Shown piece after piece: positions 1 through 10,321 of a DNA stretch of 64,000 nt (position 1 is its first letter; each line of letters opens with the position of its first letter). A program made the position numbers and the translations under genes. Below the pieces are notes generated by a model that did not search any database, was not told the origin of the DNA, and worked only from the letters and a program-made list of their open reading frames with translations. The DNA lies in NCBI GenBank assembly GCA_040767085.1, contig JAXGPF010000010.1, forward strand, positions 32,001 through 96,000, given 5' to 3'. The DNA comes from Kiritimatiellia bacterium. GTDB lineage: Bacteria > Verrucomicrobiota > Kiritimatiellia > JAAZAB01.

Positions 1-291
1 GAGGCGGCTTTGTCCGATGGCGGCGGCCATTTGCAGGTCCGGCAGATGGCCGGGCCGCCGGGTCAATCCCAGCGCCGACATGCCCGCGCCGATGGCGCCC
101 GAGGTTACGAAAATCAGTTCCTTGCCGCTGTGTTTCAGTTGGGCCATGGAATGGACCAGTCCGCGGATGCGGCGCGCGTTCGGCCGGCCCGTATCCTGCA
201 TCAGGACGCGGCTGCCGATTTTGACCACAATCCGCCGGGCGCGGCCAAGGGCCAGGCGTTCGGCGGGCATTTGTTCCAGATTTGCTTGCAT
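1..291 (-). CDS. proB: Glutamate 5-kinase, N-terminal part (runs off window)
   Basis: Not in the ORF track. Manual translation from ATG 291 gives MQANLEQ...RRIVVKIGSRVL...IFVTSGAIGAG...LQMAAAIGQSRL, matching ProB motifs VVKxGS, VTSGAI, QAAAAVGQ. Confidence 0.9.
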   Translation of the reverse strand, partial: MQANLEQMPAERLALGRARRIVVKIGSRVLMQDTGRPNARRIRGLVHSMAQLKHSGKELIFVTSGAIGAGMSALGLTRRPGHLPDLQMAAAIGQSRL

Positions 292-324
292 GGGCGAAAA
301 ATATATGCGCTTAGCCAGGCCGCG

Positions 325-1602
325 TCAAGCGGGGAGAATTTCGCAATCCAGCAATACGCCGCCATCCGCGCCGCGCGGCCTGCATTTAACAATGCGGTTG
401 GGCGGAATTTTGCCCGCCGGGCCGGGGGGGATGCGCGCGGAAAGGTATTCGCCGGTCCAGCCGGCGGCGTCCGGACTGTCCGGCGGCGTCTGTTCCACCA
501 GCACTTCCACCGTCCGGCCCACCCATGACCGGGCGAAGGCCGCACGCTGGGCGGCCCCTAGTTCGCGCAGGCGGGCGGCGCGTTCCCGGGCAACGGACGC
601 GGGAACCTGGCCCGGCATGGCGGCGGCGGGCGTGCCGGGGCGCGGACTGAAAACGAACACGTGCAGATTGCTGAACGGCAAAGCGCTTGCCAGGCGCAGG
701 GTATCCTCGAAATCGGCGTCGGTTTCACCGGGAAATCCCACGAGCACATCCGCGCCCAGACCGCAGACGCCGAGCTTGTTCAGCGCGTAGGCGGCCGTTT
801 CCATGTAGCGGCGGCGGTCGTAACGGCGGCGCATGGCGCGCAGCACGGCATCCGAACCGCTTTGGAACGGCAGGTGCAGGAAGCGGCAGATCGCCGGATT
901 GTCCGCCATGCAGTCAATCGCATCGCGTTCCGCCGTGGACAATTCAATCGAACTCAACCGCACGCGCCGTATGCCGGACCGGCGCGCGATGTCCTCCAGC
1001 AGGTGCCGCAGACGCCGGCCCTGCCAGGCGTAACAGCCGAGATTGGCGCCGGTCAATACGATTTCCTGGTAGCCGCCGTCCTCCAGGCGCCGGATCTCTT
1101 CCATGATCTCGGGCAATGGCCGGCTGCACGGGGCGCCCCGTGTAAAAGGCACAATGCAATAGGCGCAATGAAAATCGCAGCCATCCTGCACGCGCACCAG
1201 CGCGCGTGTGCCCGGCGTCAGCCTTGTAGCGGTCGAACTGTGTTCGGCATCCGCGCCCGCCGTCAGCCCCAACGCCTGCCACAGCCGGCCGGCGTCCAGT
1301 TTGTCGGCCTGTCGCACCAGCCGCGCGGCGCCGGCCGGCCGCCGCTGGCGGACGGCCAATTCGACCGGGCAGCCGGCCACCGCCACCTGGCGAGCCCGGC
1401 CGGACGCCTGCGCGGCGCGCGCCAGGCGCCAGGTGTTTTTTTCTGCCCGGGCGGTGACAACGCAGCCGTGGACGACGCAGATATCGCACGGCTCGCCGAA
1501 TTCCACGATGCGGCCGCCGGCGGCGGCCACCAGGGCGCGCATGGCGGCGGTTTCCGCCTGGTTCAGACGGCACCCGATGGTTTTGAAGGAAAAAGTTGTC
1601 AT
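325..1602 (-). CDS. mtaB: tRNA t6A37 methylthiotransferase (MiaB/MtaB-type radical SAM)
   Basis: N-terminal TIGCRLNQAE (UPF0004), VQDGCDFHCAYC radical-SAM motif, HLPFQSGSD, VGFPGETD. Confidence 0.88.
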   Translation of the reverse strand: MTTFSFKTIGCRLNQAETAAMRALVAAAGGRIVEFGEPCDICVVHGCVVTARAEKNTWRLARAAQASGRARQVAVAGCPVELAVRQRRPAGAARLVRQADKLDAGRLWQALGLTAGADAEHSSTATRLTPGTRALVRVQDGCDFHCAYCIVPFTRGAPCSRPLPEIMEEIRRLEDGGYQEIVLTGANLGCYAWQGRRLRHLLEDIARRSGIRRVRLSSIELSTAERDAIDCMADNPAICRFLHLPFQSGSDAVLRAMRRRYDRRRYMETAAYALNKLGVCGLGADVLVGFPGETDADFEDTLRLASALPFSNLHVFVFSPRPGTPAAAMPGQVPASVARERAARLRELGAAQRAAFARSWVGRTVEVLVEQTPPDSPDAAGWTGEYLSARIPPGPAGKIPPNRIVKCRPRGADGGVLLDCEILPA

Positions 1603-1669
1603 GCTTTCCGTCAGATGATATATTTAGAGCCTTGGTAAGGCAAGGGAATCCGAACGCCGGAGCGGAGCC

Positions 1670-2086
1670 GTGAAAATGCGTAAAAAAATTTACTTGTGCG
1701 GCCCGATCATGGACGAACACAGCGGCGCGGCGCGCCGTTGGCGGCAGGCTGCCGCACGCCTGTTGGGCCGGCATTACCTGCTGTTGGATCCCCTGCGCCG
1801 GAATTTCACCGACCGCGCGGTGGACAGCGCCAACGAGGTGGTGGAGTTCGACCTCCAGGATATCCGGGATGCCGACATCATCCTGGTGAATTACAACAAA
1901 CCATCCATCGGCACCGCGATGGAAGTCTTTTACGCCGCGCACGATCTCGGCAAGTTCGTCGTGGCTTTCTCGCCGTTCAAGTTCAAGGATTGCAGCCCCT
2001 GGATGGTGCGCTATTGCACGAAAATCCTGCCGTCGTTGGAGGCGGCCGCCAAATACATCCGGTCGCATTTTAAATCGGAGCGTTGA
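1670..2086 (+). CDS. Nucleoside 2-deoxyribosyltransferase-like protein
   Basis: IYLCGP, FDLQDIRDADIILV and SIGTAMEVFYA motifs typical of the NDT/Rcl fold. Confidence 0.75.
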   Translation: MKMRKKIYLCGPIMDEHSGAARRWRQAAARLLGRHYLLLDPLRRNFTDRAVDSANEVVEFDLQDIRDADIILVNYNKPSIGTAMEVFYAAHDLGKFVVAFSPFKFKDCSPWMVRYCTKILPSLEAAAKYIRSHFKSER

Positions 2087-2091
2087 CAGTC

Positions 2092-3999
2092 ATGAAACTA
2101 TATAAAATCATGTTGCTCGTATGCGCCGCCGCGGCCTCCGCTGCCCCTTGGACGCGGGGCGGGCTGGTGGTGGAGCCGGCGAGTTTTTCGCGGGCGGTGA
2201 TGGCGGGGATAAATTTGGAAGAGGACGAGCTGCGGCTGACGAACGCGAGCGTGAGCGGGACGGTGTATTACGGGGCCGCGGTGACGGCGGGCGTGGGCTG
2301 GCTGGGTCTGGGGGCGCCGGCGCAGTGGTCGTTGGCGCCGGGCGGGGAGGGGACGCTGGCGGTGACGTACAGCACGGCGGGGCTGGCGACGGGGCAATAC
2401 AGCGGCAAAATACTTTTGACGAACGCGGTGGTGGAAGGCTTGGAGACGAATGAAGGCGCGCCGCGGGAGGTGCCGGTGCTGTTGCAGGTGAATCCGCGGC
2501 CGGAGTTGCAGGTGAGCGCGACGGTGATCAGCAACATGGCGAGCGAGGGAGAGGATGCGGAGCCGCGGATCTTCCAGGTATGGAACGGGAGCGGGTATTA
2601 CACATTGAACTACAGCATTGCCGACGATGCGCCGTGGGTGATTCCGAGCGTGAGCGCCGGGAGTTGCACGACGGAGCACGATGTGATCGGCCTGGATTAC
2701 AGCACGGCGGGCCTGGCGGCGGGGAGTTACACGGGGCGTGTGACGGTGACGGCGGCGGAGCCGGTGGGGGGGGTGAAGTCGCGGGTGATCGTGCTGCGGC
2801 TGGAGGTCACGGGTCTGGCGGGATTGGGTTGCGACGGGTCGGCGCAGGCGTACGATCTGCGGCTGGGCGAAGGCGCGGCGGAAGGTAGTTTCAAGGTATG
2901 GAATACGGGGATGAGCGCTGGGACGTCGCTGCGGTGGAGCGCGGCGTTGGCCTCGGGGGCCGCGCCGTGGTTGAGTCTGAGTCCGAGCGCGGGGGAAGCG
3001 GGGGCGGGTGGGGCGAAGCAGACGGTGCGGGTGCGGTGCGATCCGGCGGGGATGGAGCCTGGGAGTTACAGTGCGCTGGTGCGGGTTTCCGGGGTGGACA
3101 CGCTGACGGGGCAGGCGGCGCGTGGTTCGCCGCATGACATTTACGTGAGCCTGCTGGTGCGGGCGGGGGACCGGCTGCATTTTGGCGGGGATTACGGTTC
3201 GTCGCTGATCGTGTACGGCGCAGAAACGGGCTACTGGGGGTTGGGCGATTTGAGCGGGGAACAGTATTGGACGTGGTTTGGCGGGTACGGGTACGCGCCG
3301 GCGCCCGGTGATTACGATGGTGACGGGGTGGCGGAACTGGGGGTGTACCGGGCATCCAGCGGGGGATGGTATTGGCGGAAAGCGGGGAGCGAGAACATAT
3401 ACCTGCTGGGGAACTGGGGCGGGCCCGGGTGCCAGCCGGTGCAGGGCGACTTTGACGGGGATGGGCGGCAGGATTTCGTATTGTACCACGAGGGGCAGGG
3501 GCAGTGGTATGCGCTGTTGTCGGCGTACGGGTACCAGGGGGTGCAGGTGTCCTTCGGCGGGCCGGGATACGCGGCGGTGCATGGCGACTTTGACGGGGAC
3601 GGGCTGGCGGACCCGGCATTGTACCATGCAGGGCAGGGCGTCTGGCAAGGGCTGGTGTCGAGCCTGGGCTACAAGTATGTGCAGGGGGCGTTCGGCGGGC
3701 CGGGGTACCAGGGGCTGGCGGGCGACTTTGACGGCGACGGCCGGACGGACTTGTGCTTGTACCACGTGAGCGGCCGGTGGTATATCCTGTCGGTGGACGG
3801 CCGGGTGCTGTTGAATGGCGACTGGTGGGGCGGACCGGGCTGGACGCCGGCGGTGGCGGACTACGACGGCGACGGCGCGGATGACCTGGCGGTGTACGAT
3901 GAGGCGGGCGGCCGCTGGCGCATCCGCCGGCGCAACGGGACAACTCTCGCCTGGGACATGCCCCTTGGCGGCTACGGCTACCAGGCCGTCGGTAAATAG
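2092..3999 (+). CDS. Secreted/surface protein with three BACON/Ig-like repeats and C-terminal FG-GAP/VCBS repeats
   Basis: Signal peptide MKLYKIMLLVCAAAASA; repeated W(L/V)...Y(S/T)TAGLxxGxYxG units; five GD(F/Y)DGDG repeats. Confidence 0.8.
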   Translation: MKLYKIMLLVCAAAASAAPWTRGGLVVEPASFSRAVMAGINLEEDELRLTNASVSGTVYYGAAVTAGVGWLGLGAPAQWSLAPGGEGTLAVTYSTAGLATGQYSGKILLTNAVVEGLETNEGAPREVPVLLQVNPRPELQVSATVISNMASEGEDAEPRIFQVWNGSGYYTLNYSIADDAPWVIPSVSAGSCTTEHDVIGLDYSTAGLAAGSYTGRVTVTAAEPVGGVKSRVIVLRLEVTGLAGLGCDGSAQAYDLRLGEGAAEGSFKVWNTGMSAGTSLRWSAALASGAAPWLSLSPSAGEAGAGGAKQTVRVRCDPAGMEPGSYSALVRVSGVDTLTGQAARGSPHDIYVSLLVRAGDRLHFGGDYGSSLIVYGAETGYWGLGDLSGEQYWTWFGGYGYAPAPGDYDGDGVAELGVYRASSGGWYWRKAGSENIYLLGNWGGPGCQPVQGDFDGDGRQDFVLYHEGQGQWYALLSAYGYQGVQVSFGGPGYAAVHGDFDGDGLADPALYHAGQGVWQGLVSSLGYKYVQGAFGGPGYQGLAGDFDGDGRTDLCLYHVSGRWYILSVDGRVLLNGDWWGGPGWTPAVADYDGDGADDLAVYDEAGGRWRIRRRNGTTLAWDMPLGGYGYQAVGK

Positions 4000-4001
4000 T
4001 C

Positions 4002-5696
4002 ATGATTAATTCCAGCATAACCGGAGTTTTGAAGCGCACCGGTTTGTTGACCGACGAACAGATTCTCGCCATCCTGGACGCCAAGGCCGAGACGCCGTCT
4101 TCCATCATCCGCCGGGTCATAGAGCAAGGCCTGGCGCCCGAGGAGCCTTTCCTGCAGGCGCTGGCCAGAACTTTGAACCTGGCATACGTGCGCTTGAACG
4201 ATTTGACGGTGGATAAGGAAATCCTGGGGCTGCTGCCCGCCAAGGTGGTCTTCCAGCACAATGCCATCCCGCTGTCCCTGGAAAAAAACGTCCTGCTGGT
4301 GGCGGTGAACGATCCGTTCAATTCCTCCCTGCCGGATGTCCTGCGTCTGGTTTCCGGCAAGCGGGTGCGCCTGGCGCTTTGCCCGGCGGCCGACATTGCC
4401 CGGGCTATTAACCGCTTTTACGGGGTCGGCGCGGACACGATGGAGCGCTTGATCCAGGACAACCGGATCGAAGTCGCTCCGGAAGAAACCCTGGGCAAAG
4501 TTGATTTGAACGACCTGGACCAGGAAGCGTCCATCGTCAAATTCGTCAACCAGATCATCTGGGAAGCCTACAAGGACCGGGCGACGGACATTCATTTCGA
4601 GCCGATGGAGGACGAGTTGCGCATCCGGTACCGGGTGGACGGCGTCCTGCACCAGACTTCCATGCCGCCGCAGTTGAAGCGGTTCCAGGCGGCGATCGTT
4701 TCGCGCATCAAGGTGATGGCGAACGTGGATATCGCCGAAAAACGCCTGCCGCAGGATGGCCGCATCAGCCTCACCGTCCATGGCGAGGAGTTGGACATCC
4801 GCGTGTCCACCATGCCGACGGTTTACGGCGAGAGCATCAGCCTGCGCCTCCTGACCCGCGGGGGCGGCCTGGTGGGACTGGACCGGATCGGCATGAGCGG
4901 GCGCGATGAAGAAATGATGCGGCGGCTGATCCGCAAGCCCCACGGCATTCTGTTGGTCACCGGCCCCACCGGCTCCGGCAAGTCCACCACCTTGTATTCC
5001 TGCCTGCACCATATCAATACCATTGATAAGCGCATCATCACGATCGAGGATCCGATCGAATATGAAATCGCCGGGGTAAACCAGATCAATGTACGCCCGG
5101 AAATCGGCCTGTCGTTCGCCATGGGCTTGCGGCACATCCTGCGCCAGGATCCTGACGTGATCATGGTGGGTGAAATCCGCGATTTCGAAACGGCGGAAAT
5201 CGCCATCCGCGCCTCGCTGACCGGCCACCTGGTTTTGAGCACGCTGCACACCAACGATTCCGCCGGGGCGGTGACCCGCCTGGTGGACATGGGCGTCGAG
5301 CCCTTCCTGGTGGCTTCTTCCGTGGAGGCCATCATGGCGCAACGCCTGGTGCGCGTCCTGTGCAATGCCTGCAAGCGCCCGTGGCAAATTGACCATGAAT
5401 TTCTCCGCGGCGTGAACTTCCCGGTGGAGCGCCTGGCAGACCGGGCCATTTATGAGCCGGCCGGCTGCGAAAAGTGCCGGCATTCCGGCTTCCTGGGGCG
5501 CCAGGGTATTTTCGAAGGCTTGATGATCACCGAGGCCATCCGGCCGATGATTATTGCGCGGGATTCCGCCAACGCGATCAAGCAGGCCGGCCTCCGGCAG
5601 GGCATGCGCACGCTGCGGGACGATGGTTGGGAAAAAGTGCTCAACGGCGTCACCACGATCGAAGAAGTGCTCCGCGTGGCGGAAGACGACGAATAA
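4002..5696 (+). CDS. gspE: Type II/IV secretion ATPase, GspE/PulE/PilB family
   Basis: ATDIHFEP, RLPQDGRI, Walker A GPTGSGKST, LRQDPDVIMVGEIRD, tetracysteine motif. Confidence 0.9.
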   Translation: MINSSITGVLKRTGLLTDEQILAILDAKAETPSSIIRRVIEQGLAPEEPFLQALARTLNLAYVRLNDLTVDKEILGLLPAKVVFQHNAIPLSLEKNVLLVAVNDPFNSSLPDVLRLVSGKRVRLALCPAADIARAINRFYGVGADTMERLIQDNRIEVAPEETLGKVDLNDLDQEASIVKFVNQIIWEAYKDRATDIHFEPMEDELRIRYRVDGVLHQTSMPPQLKRFQAAIVSRIKVMANVDIAEKRLPQDGRISLTVHGEELDIRVSTMPTVYGESISLRLLTRGGGLVGLDRIGMSGRDEEMMRRLIRKPHGILLVTGPTGSGKSTTLYSCLHHINTIDKRIITIEDPIEYEIAGVNQINVRPEIGLSFAMGLRHILRQDPDVIMVGEIRDFETAEIAIRASLTGHLVLSTLHTNDSAGAVTRLVDMGVEPFLVASSVEAIMAQRLVRVLCNACKRPWQIDHEFLRGVNFPVERLADRAIYEPAGCEKCRHSGFLGRQGIFEGLMITEAIRPMIIARDSANAIKQAGLRQGMRTLRDDGWEKVLNGVTTIEEVLRVAEDDE

Positions 5697-5704
5697 CCCG
5701 CCGT

Positions 5705-6142
5705 TCAGGGCGCCCGGTAACGGCTTTCCAGCGGGAAGGCGTTTTCGATATGCCGGATGATCGGCGGCGGCCCGCCGGGCGCGCCGACCACTTCCACCAC
5801 ATCGAACCGGAAATACTGCGGCGCCAATTTCAGGCGGCGCATATAGCGGACGGCGGCGCGGCTGAGATAATGGCGCTTGCGGCGGGTAACTGCCGCCGCC
5901 GGGCGGCCGAATGTTTCGTTCCGCCTGGTTTTGACTTCCACGAACACCAGCACGCTGCCGCGCCGGGCCACCAGATCGATTTCATCGCGCCGGCCGACGC
6001 GCACGCGCCGGCCGATAATGGCATAGCCCCGGCGCCGCAGTTCCGCCGCCGCCAGCGTTTCACCCCAGAAACCCGAAGCAGGATTGCCGGAGCGCGCGGC
6101 GGGCAGCAGACCATCCAGGACGGCGCGTAGTTTCCGCCACAT
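5705..6142 (-). CDS. yraN: YraN family (UPF0102) nuclease-like protein
   Basis: GFWGE...EIDLVA...LVFVEVKTR...RFDVV; canonical position after rnhB. Start codon uncertain. Confidence 0.88.
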   Translation of the reverse strand: MWRKLRAVLDGLLPAARSGNPASGFWGETLAAAELRRRGYAIIGRRVRVGRRDEIDLVARRGSVLVFVEVKTRRNETFGRPAAAVTRRKRHYLSRAAVRYMRRLKLAPQYFRFDVVEVVGAPGGPPPIIRHIENAFPLESRYRAP

Positions 6143-6806
6143 GGCCTGGTCCTCCCGATAGTTGCATGGAGTTGCGGATGACTTCGATTTCGCGCACCGG
6201 CCGGAAGGAACGGCGATGGAGTTGGGTCGGGCCTTCGCGCAAAAGGGCCTGGATATGGGCTTGGGTGCCATAGCCCTTGTGCCGGGCAAAACCGTAGGCG
6301 GGAAACTTTTTGCCCAGTTCCGTCATCAAGGCGTCGCGTGCAACCTTGGCGATGACGCTGGCGGCGGCAATCGAGAGGCTGCGCCCGTCGCCGTGGACAA
6401 TCGCGGTGTAGGGGCAGGGGAGATCATCCACCGGCAGTCCGTCCACCAGCGCGTACTCCGGCAGCGCCGGCAATTGGAGCAGGGCCCGGCGCATGGCCAG
6501 ATGCGTGGCCTGGCGGATATTGTGGCGGTCAATTTCCGCGGCGTCCGCCAGGCCCACGCCGATTTCCACGCCGGGGGAGGCATGGAGGAGGTCGGAAAAA
6601 TGCTGCCGCTGGCGGGCCGTCAATTGCTTGGAGTCGGTCAGACTTGCCAGGCTTTCCGCCGCTTCCGCCTCCAGCCAGGGGCGGGGGCAAACTACCGCGG
6701 CGGCCACTACCGGGCCGGCCAGGGGGCCGCGTCCGGCTTCGTCCACGCCGGCCAGGCGGCGGTAACCGCGTTCCCACCATTGGCGTTCAAAAGTCAGCAA
6801 GTTCAA
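6060..6806 (-). CDS. rnhB: Ribonuclease HII
   Basis: [41 protein letters not shown]. Confidence 0.95.
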   Translation of the reverse strand: MNLLTFERQWWERGYRRLAGVDEAGRGPLAGPVVAAAVVCPRPWLEAEAAESLASLTDSKQLTARQRQHFSDLLHASPGVEIGVGLADAAEIDRHNIRQATHLAMRRALLQLPALPEYALVDGLPVDDLPCPYTAIVHGDGRSLSIAAASVIAKVARDALMTELGKKFPAYGFARHKGYGTQAHIQALLREGPTQLHRRSFRPVREIEVIRNSMQLSGGPGHVAETTRRPGWSAARRALRQSCFGFLG

Positions 6807-7156
6807 CTCTGCATGGTTTTTAACCGGGCGTGTTTGCCGGTGCGCTCGCGCAGGTAATACAATTTGGCCCGGCGCACCGCGCCGCGGCTTTCCACTTCCA
6901 CCCGCGCGACGTTGGGGGAATGCAGCGGAAATATCCGTTCTACGCCTTCGCCGAATGAAATGCGGCGGACCGTGAAGGTTTCCGTGGCGCCGGCGCCCTT
7001 GCGGGCAATGACGTTGCCGGCATAAACCTGCAGGCGTTCCTTGCCGCCTTCCTTGATACGCACGTAGACCTTGACGGAATCGCCTACTTTAAAATCCGGG
7101 ATGTCCTTCGTCTGGCGCTGTTCCTGATCGATTTTTTTCAGAATTTCCATGCCCAT
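6803..7156 (-). CDS. rplS: 50S ribosomal protein L19
   Basis: EGGKERLQ...[16 protein letters not shown]...[20 protein letters not shown] upstream of ATG 7156. Confidence 0.97.
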   Translation of the reverse strand: MGMEILKKIDQEQRQTKDIPDFKVGDSVKVYVRIKEGGKERLQVYAGNVIARKGAGATETFTVRRISFGEGVERIFPLHSPNVARVEVESRGAVRRAKLYYLRERTGKHARLKTMQS

Positions 7157-7188
7157 GTCGTCTGCTCCTTCCAAAAAAGTTTCCGCAT

Positions 7189-7908
7189 TCAGTTTTCCGA
7201 TTCGCCGGCGTCCGGCGCCTGCGCCAGCATGTCCGGCCGGCGCGCAAGCGTACGGCGGCGCGATTCTTCCGCCCGCCATCGGGCGATGGCCCGGTGGTCG
7301 CCGGACCGCAACACATCCGGCACGCGCAGGTTGCAAAATACTTCCGGACGCGTGAATTGGGGGTATTCCAGGCGGTTGCCGCAGAACGATTCCTCCACGG
7401 TCCCGTCCGGCGCGCCCAGCACGCCCGGCAGCAGGCGCACCACCGCGTCAATCACCACGGCCGCCGCCAGGGTGCCGTTGGTCAACACGTAGTCGCCGAT
7501 CGAAATCTCGTCGGTCGCCAGTGTCTGGGCCACCCGGTCGTCAATCCCCTCGTAATGGCCGCACAGAAAAATCAGGTGCCGCGCGCCGGCCAGTTCGCGC
7601 GCCATGGCCTGGTTGAAGGTTTTGCCTTGCGGCGAAGGCATCACCACCCGGGCCGCCGGTGTGCGCAGGGCCGAAACGGCCTTGAAAAACGGCTCCGGCT
7701 TCATGATCATGCCCGGCCCGCCGCCGTAAGGGCGGTCATCCACCGTGCGATGCCGGTCGCTGGTGAAGTCGCGCAGGTTGACCAGGTTGAAATGCACCGC
7801 CTGCATCTGGGCGGCGCGCTTCAGCATGCTGGCGCCGATAAAGCCCTCCAGCATTTCCGGGAAAATCGTGATGATGTCAATCTGCAGCGGTGTGGGCATG
7901 CTGTGCAT
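7189..7908 (-). CDS. trmD: tRNA (guanine37-N1)-methyltransferase
   Basis: [41 protein letters not shown]. Confidence 0.96.
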   Translation of the reverse strand: MHSMPTPLQIDIITIFPEMLEGFIGASMLKRAAQMQAVHFNLVNLRDFTSDRHRTVDDRPYGGGPGMIMKPEPFFKAVSALRTPAARVVMPSPQGKTFNQAMARELAGARHLIFLCGHYEGIDDRVAQTLATDEISIGDYVLTNGTLAAAVVIDAVVRLLPGVLGAPDGTVEESFCGNRLEYPQFTRPEVFCNLRVPDVLRSGDHRAIARWRAEESRRRTLARRPDMLAQAPDAGESEN

Positions 7909-7918
7909 AAGGGGCGGC

Positions 7919-8149
7919 TTATTCGACCACTTCTAAAACGGCCTTGCGCTTGTGCTTGGCCGCCAGGCCGGCCAGCAACATGCGCATGGCGCTGATGGTT
8001 TTGCCGTTCTTGCCGATGATGCGCCCCATATCCTCGGCATGGCAGCGCACCTCGATGATGATGTTGGTCCGGCCGGCAATCTCGGCGATCTGCACGCGCT
8101 CCGGATGGTCCACCAGGGCCTTGACAATGTATGCGATGAAATTTTTCAT
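7919..8149 (-). CDS. khpA: KH-domain RNA-binding protein
   Basis: IVKALVDHP...DMGRIIGKNGKTI (GxxG loop); position after rpsP. Confidence 0.9.
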   Translation of the reverse strand: MKNFIAYIVKALVDHPERVQIAEIAGRTNIIIEVRCHAEDMGRIIGKNGKTISAMRMLLAGLAAKHKRKAVLEVVE

Positions 8150-8418
8150 GCGGTAGTCGTCGGAGCCGCCGCCGGCGCCGCGGCCTTGGCGCGCCGGACC
8201 AGGCTGCGCACCGTATCGGAAATCTGCGCGCCGTTGGCGCGCCATTTTTCAATGCGTTCCAGGTCGAGTTTAAAATTGCCGCCCTTGCGCTTGGGATCGT
8301 ACCAGCCCAGGGTTTCCAGGCATTGCCCGTCGCGGGCCGAGCGCATGTCCGTCGCCACAATACGAAACGCCGGGTCATTGTTGGCGCCCATGCGCCGGCA
8401 TCTGATTTTTACCGCCAT
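8146..8418 (-). CDS. rpsP: 30S ribosomal protein S16
   Basis: MAVKIRCRRMG...FRIVATD.RS.RDG...LGWYDP...GAQISDTV; AGGAG RBS. Confidence 0.96.
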   Translation of the reverse strand: MAVKIRCRRMGANNDPAFRIVATDMRSARDGQCLETLGWYDPKRKGGNFKLDLERIEKWRANGAQISDTVRSLVRRAKAAAPAAAPTTTA

Positions 8419-8548
8419 ACTAGCACTCCTTCCTGCGGGTTTGGCCGGCCAGCCTTTTGCAGGCATGGTCGCGGCCTTCAAAAAACTGCCTTAAAACTAT
8501 TACCATTAACCGAATGCCAGGCAAAATTCAAGCATAATTTAACGGGAA

Positions 8549-8576
8549 TTGCAAAAAAAATGCCGTTCTGTATAAT
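8549..8576 (+). promoter_or_regulatory. Sigma70-like promoter for the amidotransferase gene
   Basis: TTGCAA-16 nt-TATAAT, followed by GGAGG RBS before ATG 8606. Confidence 0.6.
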
Positions 8577-8605
8577 GCATGCCTTTTTCCAGACTGGAGG
8601 CGATC

Positions 8606-9385
8606 ATGTGCAGGTTGCTGGCGGTGAAATGTGCCGCGCCGGCGGCGCTGGAGTATTACATGCTGCGTGCGCCCGTGCCGTTCCTGTCTTACGGCGATCG
8701 GCGCAATCCGGACGGGTGGGGGGTGGCCTGGTACGAGGACGGCCAGCCGCAGCTTTTCAAGGACCCGCAGCCGGCGCCGGCTTCCCGGGTGCTGCCCATC
8801 CTGGCCGCCGAGGCCGTTTCCCCGATGCTGGTGGCCCATCTGCGCAAGGCCAGCCAGGGTGTGTTGCGCCGGCGCAATTGCCACCCGTTCGTTTACGGCA
8901 AATGGACTTTCGCCCATAACGGCACGGTGCGCGACGCCCGGGAATGGCGCCGCCGGCTGCGCGGCCGGTTCCGCGCCGCCATCAACGGCGAAACGGATTC
9001 GGAAATTTATTTCTTAATCCTGCTGCAGGCGATTGAGCTGCGCGGGGGGGATGTCATTGCCGGCATCCGCGACGTGACGGCGGAATTGCGGAATTTCACC
9101 GGGGCCAATTTCCTGCTGACGGACGGCGATCGCCTCTATGCTTACCGCAATTGCAGCCATAAAGTCAGGCATTTTTCGCTGTCCTACCGCTGCGTCCGGC
9201 GTCCCGCGCGAACGCCGGCCGGCGCGCGCCTGGCGGCTACTGACCTGCGGCGGATTCCCCATGTCGCCGTCTGTTCGAACAAACTGACCACGGGCGGCTG
9301 GCACCCGATTCCACTGCGGCATCTCCTGGTGGTGGAAGCGGATCTTTCCGTCAGGCTGGTTAAGGTTTTGACCTTCCCCCTTTGA
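8606..9385 (+). CDS. Class II glutamine amidotransferase (YafJ/EgtC-like)
   Basis: N-terminal M-C-R nucleophile, DGWG, HLRKAS, NCHPF, FAHNG, GETDSE. The last 5 aa derive from the IS end. Confidence 0.88.
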   Translation: MCRLLAVKCAAPAALEYYMLRAPVPFLSYGDRRNPDGWGVAWYEDGQPQLFKDPQPAPASRVLPILAAEAVSPMLVAHLRKASQGVLRRRNCHPFVYGKWTFAHNGTVRDAREWRRRLRGRFRAAINGETDSEIYFLILLQAIELRGGDVIAGIRDVTAELRNFTGANFLLTDGDRLYAYRNCSHKVRHFSLSYRCVRRPARTPAGARLAATDLRRIPHVAVCSNKLTTGGWHPIPLRHLLVVEADLSVRLVKVLTFPL

Positions 9386-9397
9386 CTGATCCATCCG

Positions 9398-10321
9398 CTA
9401 AGAGAGTCCAACAGAGAGCATCATAGCCCCGTTTTTTTGGTTGTCCACCCCTCTTTGTGCTTCCATACCGGCCCCCTTGGGGGGAATGGGGGCCGGCGCA
9501 ACCGCCTGAGCTTCCGCAAATTCGATTGGCGTCAGGTGTCCCAGGGCGCTGTGGGGGCGGCACTCATTAAAATCCCAGCGCCAATTCTCGATAATACTCC
9601 TGGCATCCGGCAAACTGACGAAATAGTTCCCGTTGAGGCATTCATCGCGAAACCGGCCGTTGAAACTTTCGATGTATCCATTTTGGGAGGGCTTCCCTGG
9701 TTCAATGAAATACAGTTTCACGTCCCGTGTATATGCCCAGGCATCCAAGGCTGCACTGGTAAACTCCGGTCCATTATCCATCATGATTTGCCGGGGGTAA
9801 CCCCGCTGACACCCTAGTTCCTCGAGCGTACGGGCTACCCGACCGCCTCCGATAGAGGTGTCCGGCACGAGCGCCAGGCACTCCCGGTTAAAGCAGTCCA
9901 TGATCGCCAGCACCTTGAGCTTGTGTCCGTTGGTCATCGTGTCACTGACAAAATCCATCGCCCACAACTCGTTCCTGACTGTTGGCTTTGCCAGCGGCTC
10001 GCGCTCACCGTGACTGACACGCTTGCGGTTGCGCCGCCGAACTTGCAATCCCTCCTCCCGATACAGCCGCTCGATCCGCTTGTGGTTGTCTTTCCAGCCT
10101 TCCCGCCGCAGTTGCACCACGACCCGCGGGCTGCCCCAGCGGACCCGCTTCTGTGCGACCGCTCGGATCGCCGCCCGCAATGGCTCGTCCGTCCTCGCTC
10201 TGCCCTTGTAGTAGAAACTACTGCAGCGGATCTGCATCAACCCACAGCTACGCCGCGCGCTGACCTGGTAGGACTCGACCAGGTAGTGCGCGGCGCCCCG
10301 CCGTGCCGTGGGCGTTACCAT
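9398..10321 (-). CDS. IS3 transposase OrfB (rve integrase core)
   Basis: [34 protein letters not shown]; expected to be fused to OrfA by -1 frameshift at the A7 run. Confidence 0.92.
   Translation of the reverse strand: MVTPTARRGAAHYLVESYQVSARRSCGLMQIRCSSFYYKGRARTDEPLRAAIRAVAQKRVRWGSPRVVVQLRREGWKDNHKRIERLYREEGLQVRRRNRKRVSHGEREPLAKPTVRNELWAMDFVSDTMTNGHKLKVLAIMDCFNRECLALVPDTSIGGGRVARTLEELGCQRGYPRQIMMDNGPEFTSAALDAWAYTRDVKLYFIEPGKPSQNGYIESFNGRFRDECLNGNYFVSLPDARSIIENWRWDFNECRPHSALGHLTPIEFAEAQAVAPAPIPPKGAGMEAQRGVDNQKNGAMMLSVGLS

Noticed and set aside
2092-3999. Diversity-generating retroelement acting on the surface proteins
   Set aside because: No reverse transcriptase, and no TR/VR pair differing at adenines was seen.
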